Assembly: GCA_944355255.1 (NCBI GenBank)
Contig: CALVQD010000021.1
Span: forward strand, 1-48,096
DNA: 48,096 bases
Direction: 5' to 3'
From: an uncultured Bacilli bacterium
GTDB lineage: Bacteria > Bacillota_I > Bacilli_A > RF39 > UBA660
The notes beneath the pieces were generated by a model, which saw only the letters and a program-made list of their open reading frames with translations, searched no databases and was not told the DNA's origin. Within the stretch, counting starts at the first letter, position 1. The number at the start of each line of letters is the position of its first letter. Positions 10,010 through 17,150 of the stretch are shown here, in pieces. Position numbers and translations under genes: made by a program.

Positions 10010-11665
10010 GTGAGTAATGTGACTATTTCTGAATTTAAAAAATTTTCAGATAAACTATCACAGTTTTGTACAGCTCCGACCGATACTTGGAAAAAAAGAA
10101 TTTTATTGAAATCTATTTATGACAATCAATTTATGAATATGGTAAATGATATATTAAATCACATTGATAAAATGACAGGTTTAGAGCTTGATCAATTATT
10201 TGAAAAACTAAGAAATTTATCCAATGATGCATTTAAAAAATTTGACGACTCAAAAGACCCGATACAAAAATATAAAAATTATTTGGAAATTGAAGTATAT
10301 TTTGGAGTCATTGAACAGATAGACGAATTATCTAGCTTTTCCGATCGTATTGGTAAAGAAATGTATGAAAAATATGGAAATGAAACAGTTGCGATGATTG
10401 ATAAAGAAAATCCATCCGTATTGACGAGTTTCCAATTTGAAAAATCAAACATGAATTTTGATGATGAATTAATAAAAAAATATTTAGTATTAAAAAAGTG
10501 GCAGGATTTACAGTATATCTATTGTAATGAAGTCTTAGATGGAATTTGCCATTCAGAGCAATTAGAAGAAGAAGTAATTGATTTACTATCTAAAAAATTG
10601 GAAGTGAAAGATAACGCAATTAATTTGTTAGCATTAGATAATCTTCTTTCAGAGTCAATATTAGATATTGATTTAGTTAGTAAATACTATTTAGCGGGAA
10701 TTCAAAAACAATTGGTTCCTATAATTGGAGGGAAAGGCTACGGCCTTGCCATTTTAAATATTTATAGTTCCATACCTAAGACTTATGTAATACCTATTAA
10801 TCATGAATTTCCAACGGATTTTATTTATAATCTTCCTTCTAATATTAAATATTCTGTACGTAGTTCTGCCGATGTAGAAGATGGAAGAGAAAATTCTTTT
10901 GCTGGAATGTTTTCATCATATTTAGATGTCAATCATAAAGACTTAAAAAAATATTACGATAAAGTGAAAGATTCAGTAAACTCAGATAGGGTTCAATCTT
11001 ATATCCAAAGAAAAAAAGCACAACTACCTAAAATGGCAGTAATTATAGAAGAATTTGTAGAACCACAATATTCAGGTGTTTGGCTAGGCCATGATTTAAA
11101 TGACGGTGTTTATGAAATGGTTTTAGGAAATGGCGAGAAATTAGTAAGTGGAGAAGCTACACCATTTCATTTGAGTGGAGATGATGGTAAAAAAATCAAG
11201 AATTATTTCATTGAACTACAAAATACTTTAGAAAAGGTTGCTGATTTTGAATGGTGTGTAATAGATAATAAGATCGTTATGTTACAGTACCGACCTGTCA
11301 CTTCTAAAATTAAATTAAATCCCTCAAAGATGGATGGATATGGTGTAAGTAGTGGTATTGTAAGTGGAGAAATATGTTTTTTGGAATCTTTAGATGATGT
11401 ACAAAATTTTGAAGAAGATAAAATTTTATTAACTTATTTAACTGATCCTGATTGGACTCCCTATATTATGAAATCAAAGGGAGTAGTCACTGCAATAGGT
11501 GGTTATTTATGTCATACTGCTATTATTACACGAGAACTTGGTATTCCATGTGTGACAAATATTGGAATAGAAAAATTGAACCAGTTAAGAAAAGAAAAAG
11601 AAATTACGATAGATGGTGATTTAGGTACAGTGGAATCAAAAAAAAAAGTAAAAGTATTCAAATAA
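10010..11665 (+). CDS. PEP-utilising-enzyme family kinase (PPDK-N ATP-grasp plus His-swivel domain, RPH-like); start may be GTG at 10019
   Basis: IGGKG, VRSSA.VED...SFAG, G.GEKLVSGE, DFEW..LQYRPVT, GGYLCHTAIITRELGIPCV (phospho-His); no C-terminal PEP/pyruvate TIM barrel; ~230 aa unknown N-terminal region. Confidence 0.85.
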   Translation: MSNVTISEFKKFSDKLSQFCTAPTDTWKKRILLKSIYDNQFMNMVNDILNHIDKMTGLELDQLFEKLRNLSNDAFKKFDDSKDPIQKYKNYLEIEVYFGVIEQIDELSSFSDRIGKEMYEKYGNETVAMIDKENPSVLTSFQFEKSNMNFDDELIKKYLVLKKWQDLQYIYCNEVLDGICHSEQLEEEVIDLLSKKLEVKDNAINLLALDNLLSESILDIDLVSKYYLAGIQKQLVPIIGGKGYGLAILNIYSSIPKTYVIPINHEFPTDFIYNLPSNIKYSVRSSADVEDGRENSFAGMFSSYLDVNHKDLKKYYDKVKDSVNSDRVQSYIQRKKAQLPKMAVIIEEFVEPQYSGVWLGHDLNDGVYEMVLGNGEKLVSGEATPFHLSGDDGKKIKNYFIELQNTLEKVADFEWCVIDNKIVMLQYRPVTSKIKLNPSKMDGYGVSSGIVSGEICFLESLDDVQNFEEDKILLTYLTDPDWTPYIMKSKGVVTAIGGYLCHTAIITRELGIPCVTNIGIEKLNQLRKEKEITIDGDLGTVESKKKVKVFK

Positions 11666-11844
11666 GAACTGCTAAAAATAAAGGTTACTATGAGGTGTGG
11701 AATTCGGAAAACGGATTACTTTTGGGGATTACAAAAAAAGTGAAGGATATTTTAGATAAGTGGTTGAATGATGAAAAATTAAACGATAGCGAATTTCTGA
11801 TATTGAATGAGTTTATGAGAATATATATGGAGGAAACAAAATGA
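11620..11844 (+). other. Cryptic 74-codon open frame with an RRE-like pattern and no good start codon
   Basis: -1 frame relative to the kinase, open from 11620: ...IRTAKNKGYYEVWNSENGLLLGITKKVKDILDKWLNDEKLNDSEFLILNEFMRIYMEETK*; its TGA overlaps the ATG of the PqqD gene. Confidence 0.4.
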
Positions 11845-12101
11845 TATATTATATAATAAATCCGCAAATTGTATTTATGAAAAAAAATGATACATATATT
11901 GTTGATTTGAAAGACGAATATTATTACATTAATGAAATTAGTTATTATATTTTACAGTTTTGCAAACAAAAACATACACTTCAAGAAATTATAGAATATA
12001 TTGTTAATAGCTATGACGCTGATGTCAATCTTGTTGCCAAAGATATGAAAAAAATAGTACAAGAGTTTGCAAATTGTGGTATACTTATCTATAAGAGGTG
12101 A
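11841..12101 (+). CDS. PqqD-family RiPP recognition element (RRE)
   Basis: 86 aa; YYYINEISYYILQFC....TLQEIIEYIVNSYDA...VAKDM..IVQEFANCGIL fits the PqqD winged-helix pattern; RBS GGAGG. Confidence 0.85.
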   Translation: MIYYIINPQIVFMKKNDTYIVDLKDEYYYINEISYYILQFCKQKHTLQEIIEYIVNSYDADVNLVAKDMKKIVQEFANCGILIYKR

Positions 12102-12103
12102 TA

Positions 12104-12211
12104 ATGATGAAAAAATATGAAAAACCACTCTTATTTAAATTAGATAAGTCCTTGGGTGGTATGGCTTCTTCTTTCAGTAAATCATACTGTTATGGTGGAG
12201 AGAGTAAATAA
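12104..12211 (+). CDS. Putative RiPP precursor peptide, 35 aa: MMKKYEKPLLFKLDKSLGGMASSFSKSYCYGGESK
   Basis: RBS AAGAGGTG; YxxPxL motif (YEKPLL); sits between the RRE and radical SAM genes; followed by a hairpin. Confidence 0.8.
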   Translation: MMKKYEKPLLFKLDKSLGGMASSFSKSYCYGGESK

Positions 12212-12236
12212 AAATTCCATTTGATGGAATTTTTAT
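12208..12236 (+). terminator. Stem-loop immediately after the precursor gene (partial terminator or mRNA stabiliser)
   Basis: ATAAAAATTCCAT-ttg-ATGGAATTTTTAT, perfect 13-bp inverted repeat. Confidence 0.6.
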
Positions 12237-12253
12237 ATTATAAAGGTGAATTT

Positions 12254-13198
12254 ATGAAAGAAATTTTTGTTTTAAATAGGAATGTAGCGATGGATAATAT
12301 TATATGGGGAAATGTTAGTGGACCAACTTATTGTTATTTAGAAATCACAAGAAGATGCAATTGTCGTTGTCAGTATTGTCAAGTGGGTGACCAAGTTGCT
12401 AAAGATATAGATATACATTTATTTAGAAATATTATTGATAAATTGCATTTAAGCAATACATTTGAAATTCGTTTAGGTGGAGGAGAACCACTATTGTGTC
12501 CAAATATTTCAAGTTTATTAAAGTATATTTATAGTAAAAAAATGTCTGTATGGATATGTACAAATGGTACATTGCTTACAAGGACAATGTGCGAAATGTT
12601 ATTGGCTAATCATGTGGTGGGGGTTCGTATTAGTATTGATTCTTTAGATCATAAAATTCATAACAAAGTTAGAGGGATGCATAATTGTTTGGAACTGGCT
12701 TTAAAAGGTGCTAGCATTGCCACAAAAACCGGATTGCAAGTTGCTATATGTATGACTATAGGAACCCATAATATTGATGAAGTTAAACAAGTGAAAAAAT
12801 ATGCTCATGATAATGGATATCAATTTTATTCACATTATATTATGCCGGTGGGAAAAGGTAAAACATATTTGCAAAATAATAGTTTACCTTCAAACAGTAT
12901 CGTTCAGCAGTTAAATGATATATATGGTGAAAAGAATTGTGTGGCAGTCAATCAATCAATTTCTATTGATATAGACGGATATGTAAGCCCATGTACTTTT
13001 ATAAAGCCAATTATTCATATTAGTAATATTAAAACAAAAAATATACTAATGGATAAATCGTTACAAAAATATACTTATCCAGTCCCTGAAAATCATTGCT
13101 TTGATTGCCAATTTAATAGTACAAAGAGAAATCATAAATGCATTCTGTCATCGATTTGCAAAGGGGGTTGCTGGGCAATTTATGAACAAGATAAATAA
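12254..13198 (+). CDS. Radical SAM/SPASM peptide maturase
   Basis: CNCRCQYC (CxxxCxxC), GGEPL, TNGTL, RISIDS; SPASM CVA..ISIDIDGYVSPC..CFDC..C..ICKGGC; ATG at 12254 after AAAGGTGA. Confidence 0.9.
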   Translation: MKEIFVLNRNVAMDNIIWGNVSGPTYCYLEITRRCNCRCQYCQVGDQVAKDIDIHLFRNIIDKLHLSNTFEIRLGGGEPLLCPNISSLLKYIYSKKMSVWICTNGTLLTRTMCEMLLANHVVGVRISIDSLDHKIHNKVRGMHNCLELALKGASIATKTGLQVAICMTIGTHNIDEVKQVKKYAHDNGYQFYSHYIMPVGKGKTYLQNNSLPSNSIVQQLNDIYGEKNCVAVNQSISIDIDGYVSPCTFIKPIIHISNIKTKNILMDKSLQKYTYPVPENHCFDCQFNSTKRNHKCILSSICKGGCWAIYEQDK

Positions 13199-14633
13199 AA
13201 TATTATTAGTTTATGCAATTAATCATAATCATAATGATTATAGAAAAATCCAAATGCTGGGTATTTCATATTTACAAAGTGCTTTGCATAAAGAAGGGTT
13301 TGATTGTGATTGTTATGACGGAAATATTGGTACTTTGACAGAAGATGAATTAGTAAAATATATAATAGATAAAGCATATGATTTTATAGGTTTTAGTATT
13401 TTGTTTTCTAATACAAAATTATCCTTAAGAATCGCTGAAAGTATAAAAAACATTAATCCTAAAGTAGTTGTTGCGTTTGGCGGAACAAATGCTACTGTCA
13501 TACATAAAGAATTGATTGATAATTATCCATTCATTGATGTTGTTATGAGAGGTGCGGGTGAGGAGATGATAGTTTCTCTTATAAAGGATTATAATAAGCA
13601 CGGGAAGTTTTTGGCGCTATTAAAAAGTTGTAGTTATCAAAATATTAATAACAAAAGAATATATGCGACAGAGATTGCGGAAATAGAAAATTTAGATTCT
13701 TTAGTATATCCTAATAGAGAGCATGCGTTTGAATACTCATATACTATCATTGGAAATGAAAAATATCATAATATTGATATTTCAACAAGTAGAGGATGTC
13801 CATATCAATGTGTGTTTTGTTCTGTTCCCATGTTTCGTTTGAAATGGAAATCACGAAGTGCAAAAAATGTTTTATCCGAAATACAACAGATTTATAATAA
13901 GAAACACAATATATACATTATTTTTATCGATGATAATTTTTTGATTAATGTTGATCGTGCTTTAGAAATAACTAAAGGTATATATTATATGGGTTTAAAA
14001 GATCGTGTAAGGATTCCATTTGTATTTGCAACACGTGCTGATCAATTGTTAAGGTTGTCTAAAGAAACACTACTAAAGTTTAAACAGTATGGATGTTATT
14101 CTATTGAAATTGGAATTGAAAATGGTTCTAATACTGTGTTAAAAAGAATGAAAAAAAATATAACAGTTGAACAAAATGAGCAAATCATAAGTAATTTAGC
14201 GGAAATAGGAATGAATATTGGGATTGACTTTATTTTATTTGATAACAAAACAACTATAAATGAATTGAAAGAAAATTATGATTTTTTTAAAAGAAATGGT
14301 TTGATTGGATATTATCCAGCATTAATTTATAATCAAATGTATCCTTATCCTGGAACAGAATATGCAGAAAAGAATATTGATATGAACCATTATTTCGAAA
14401 ATAAAGATGTAGAATTTGTATATAAGCAGATTGAATTATTTTCAATAGAAATTCAACCGTTTATTGATAAACTTTTGATAAGTCAGAAATTAGATATAAT
14501 AGATGAGATCTGGTTAAAGACATTACCTTATTTTGCATTTGAAAAGTTTTTATTTCATCATTATAGTTTTGAACAATATGAAAAAGAAAATAATATAAAA
14601 GAAAAAATTAGGATAATGGAGGAGAGTGTATGA
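13182..14633 (+). CDS. Cobalamin-dependent (class B) radical SAM enzyme, probable methyltransferase
   Basis: B12-binding domain (LGISYL, IGFS, VAFGGTNAT, VMRGAGEE), TSRGCPYQCVFC, FIDDNF, IGIENGS, YPYPGT; ATG at 13182 overlaps the SPASM gene. Confidence 0.88.
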   Translation: MNKINKILLVYAINHNHNDYRKIQMLGISYLQSALHKEGFDCDCYDGNIGTLTEDELVKYIIDKAYDFIGFSILFSNTKLSLRIAESIKNINPKVVVAFGGTNATVIHKELIDNYPFIDVVMRGAGEEMIVSLIKDYNKHGKFLALLKSCSYQNINNKRIYATEIAEIENLDSLVYPNREHAFEYSYTIIGNEKYHNIDISTSRGCPYQCVFCSVPMFRLKWKSRSAKNVLSEIQQIYNKKHNIYIIFIDDNFLINVDRALEITKGIYYMGLKDRVRIPFVFATRADQLLRLSKETLLKFKQYGCYSIEIGIENGSNTVLKRMKKNITVEQNEQIISNLAEIGMNIGIDFILFDNKTTINELKENYDFFKRNGLIGYYPALIYNQMYPYPGTEYAEKNIDMNHYFENKDVEFVYKQIELFSIEIQPFIDKLLISQKLDIIDEIWLKTLPYFAFEKFLFHHYSFEQYEKENNIKEKIRIMEESV

Positions 14634-15604
14634 CACAATTAGGACAGTGTATTGCGGTGCATAGAGATTGTTGGGAAATTTTATCATCTGGTAAAAAATA
14701 TCGAGCAATTATAAATAATAAGTATGAAAATATAGTATATCCTGTAGTAGGGGATGTTGTTTCTATTAATATTGATTTAAAGAATCAGTCCTGTATTATT
14801 TTGGATATACAACCTCGTACAACAGAATTGTATAGAAATAAAGATGGACATAAAAAAACAATCGCTGCAAATATAGATATTGTTTTTATTACAACCAGTA
14901 TGAATAAAGAATTCAATGTTGGAAAGCTAGAACGACTTTTAATAATGGTAAATCAAAGTGGTGCAAAACCTTGCTTTGTTTTAACAAAAGCGGATATCTG
15001 TACAAATCCAAATATTTATATTGAACAAATAAAAAGACATTTTTCGACAGTTCCATATGTTGTTACATCTTCTTTAAATGAACAAAGTATTGAGTTATTA
15101 AAAACAATGTGGAATCCTGGAGAAACTGCAATTTTTGTGGGAAGTTCTGGAGTAGGAAAAACGACATTAATTAATACTTTGTTGGGATATCAAGTTGGAA
15201 AAGTATATGAAGTTAGGGAAAAGGATGATAAGGGGCGTCACACGACTACTAGTTCTATATATTTAGAATTACCAGATGGACGAAAATTGATAGATTCTCC
15301 TGGAATAAGAAGTGTAGGTCTTCTCAATCTTGATTTTAAAGATATTAATGAAGTTTTTTCATTCATTAGTGAAAATGAAAAAATGTGTCAATATAAAAAT
15401 TGTACGCATACAAATGAAAATGGTTGTAGAATTATCGAGTTATTAAATGAAGGAATAATTGACGAGAATGATTATCGTCGTTACTTAAAAATGAAACGAC
15501 AAATATTATATGATGCACAAAAAAGTGGAATTGATAATCGTGCAGATTGGGAAAAGAGGAGAGATTTACTACAAAAGAAAAAAAAGTATCGCAAAAGAAG
15601 ATAA
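14630..15604 (+). CDS. rsgA: Ribosome small subunit-dependent GTPase RsgA (paralogue inside the RiPP operon)
   Basis: OB-fold VVGD; circularly permuted G4 TKAD, G1 GSSGVGKTT, G2 GRHTTT, G3 DSPG; Zn finger CQYKNCTHTNENGC. Confidence 0.92.
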   Translation: MTQLGQCIAVHRDCWEILSSGKKYRAIINNKYENIVYPVVGDVVSINIDLKNQSCIILDIQPRTTELYRNKDGHKKTIAANIDIVFITTSMNKEFNVGKLERLLIMVNQSGAKPCFVLTKADICTNPNIYIEQIKRHFSTVPYVVTSSLNEQSIELLKTMWNPGETAIFVGSSGVGKTTLINTLLGYQVGKVYEVREKDDKGRHTTTSSIYLELPDGRKLIDSPGIRSVGLLNLDFKDINEVFSFISENEKMCQYKNCTHTNENGCRIIELLNEGIIDENDYRRYLKMKRQILYDAQKSGIDNRADWEKRRDLLQKKKKYRKRR

Positions 15605-15656
15605 CAGTATCGACATAGTATATGTTCTGTTGTTGTAAATAGTCTATACATTTTAG

Positions 15657-15842
15657 CCTTTTGAATTTCTAGTAAAAGATCATACTGTTATTATTGTTGC
15701 ACATCGTCTATCTACCATTGTAGATGCTGACGAAATTCATGTTATTCAACAGGGAAATGATGTTGCATGTGGCACTCATGAAGAACTTTTGAAAACAAGT
15801 GATGTATATCAAAAGTTATATGAAACAGAATCTTCAAACTAA
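15657..15842 (+). pseudogene. C-terminal remnant of an ABC exporter ATP-binding domain
   Basis: Frame reads ..LVKDHTVIIVAHRLSTIVDADEIHVIQQGNDVACGTHEELLKTSDVYQKLYETESSN* (H-loop); in-frame stop at 15654 and no start codon. Confidence 0.85.
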
Positions 15843-15864
15843 GGAAAGTTTTCTTTCCTTTTTT
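15841..15864 (+). terminator. Intrinsic terminator closing the island
   Basis: AAGGAAAG-tttt-CTTTCCTT followed by TTTT. Confidence 0.65.
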
Positions 15865-15964
15865 CTTACAATTTTGTCATCTGAATCGATTTTCTTTGTA
15901 AAAAGATAGAAACATGGTAAAATAGTAATGTATGAATATGGAAATATAGAATTGGAGTGATACA

Positions 15965-17143
15965 ATGAAAAAGACGATTCGAGATTATGACTTATTTGAG
16001 AAAAGAGTGTTAATTCGTTGTGATTTTAATGTGCCAATGAAAGATGGTGTGATTACTGATGATTATCGTATTCAATCTAGTTTAGATACAATTCGATATG
16101 CATTAGATCATCATGCGAAAGTAATATTACTTTCACATTTAGGAAGAATAAAAGAAGAAAGTGATAAAAAGAAGAATGATTTAAAACCAGTAGCAGTTCG
16201 TCTTAGCGAATTGTTAGGTAAAACAGTAACATTTATACCAGAAACAAGAGGACAACAGTTGGAACAAGCTGTTATGGAAATGAATTCAGGAGATGTTATT
16301 TTAATTCAAAATACAAGATATGAAGATTTAGATGGTAAAAAAGAAAGTAAGAATGATCCTGAATTAGGACGTTATTGGGCCTCTTTGGGAGATATTTATA
16401 TTAATGATGCCTTTGGTACTTGTCATCGTGAACATGCTTCTAATGTTGGAATTGCGACTCATTTACCAAGTGGAATTGGCTTTTTAGTAGAAAAAGAAAT
16501 AGAAAATATAGAAAATGTGGTAGCTCATCCAGAAAGACCATTTACAGTGATTTTAGGGGGAGCAAAAGTTAGTGATAAAATAAAAGTCATAGAAAACTTA
16601 GTGACAAAAGCAGATCATATTTTGATTGGTGGTGGAATGGCTTATACATTTTTAAAAGCCCAAGGCTTTGAAATTGGAAAGTCATTGTTAGATGAAGAGT
16701 CTATTGCATTTTGTCAATCCATGTTATCTAAGTATCCAGATAAGATTGTATTACCAAAAGATCATTATGTATCTGAGTCAACAGATGGACAAGGATTATT
16801 AAAAACAGTTTCAGAAACAGACGCAAAAGATATGGGATTAGATATTGGAGATGAAACGATTCAAATGTTTTCAGAAATATTAAAACAAAGTCATACTGTG
16901 ATTTGGAATGGACCGGTTGGTTTATTTGAAAATCCATCATTTCAAAAAGGAACAGTTGCACTTTGTGAAGCAATGAAAGAAGTTTCTGGTAAGACAATTG
17001 TCGGTGGTGGAGATACTGCTAGTGCAGTAAAAAAACTAGGATATGAAGATGTTTTTACTCATATTTCAACTGGAGGAGGAGCCTCTTTAGAATTATTGGA
17101 AGGAAAGATATTACCAGGAATTGCTTGTATTTCAGATAAATAG
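15965..17143 (+). CDS. pgk: Phosphoglycerate kinase
   Basis: RCDFNVP, SHLGR, NDAFG, GGAKVSDK, WNGPVG, STGGGASLE. Confidence 0.98.
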   Translation: MKKTIRDYDLFEKRVLIRCDFNVPMKDGVITDDYRIQSSLDTIRYALDHHAKVILLSHLGRIKEESDKKKNDLKPVAVRLSELLGKTVTFIPETRGQQLEQAVMEMNSGDVILIQNTRYEDLDGKKESKNDPELGRYWASLGDIYINDAFGTCHREHASNVGIATHLPSGIGFLVEKEIENIENVVAHPERPFTVILGGAKVSDKIKVIENLVTKADHILIGGGMAYTFLKAQGFEIGKSLLDEESIAFCQSMLSKYPDKIVLPKDHYVSESTDGQGLLKTVSETDAKDMGLDIGDETIQMFSEILKQSHTVIWNGPVGLFENPSFQKGTVALCEAMKEVSGKTIVGGGDTASAVKKLGYEDVFTHISTGGGASLELLEGKILPGIACISDK

Positions 17144-17150
17144 AAAGTAG

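Noticed and set aside
10010-11665. Calling the kinase ppsA or ppdK because it lies among glycolytic genes
   Set aside because: It lacks the C-terminal PEP/pyruvate-binding TIM barrel
11690-11743. 17-aa ORF MRCGIRKTDYFWGLQKK as an alternative RiPP precursor
   Set aside because: Weak RBS, no leader or RRE motif, and it overlaps the longer coupled frame; 12104-12211 is a much better candidate
11841-14633. Reading the cluster as PQQ, lasso peptide or mycofactocin biosynthesis
   Set aside because: No PqqB/C or ExxxY core, no lasso cyclase or B2 protease, no MftA-like C-terminus
15611-15620. CGACATAGTA identical to 20161-20170 upstream of spo0A
   Set aside because: Only 10 bp, an imperfect 0A box, with no intact gene directly downstream; probably chance
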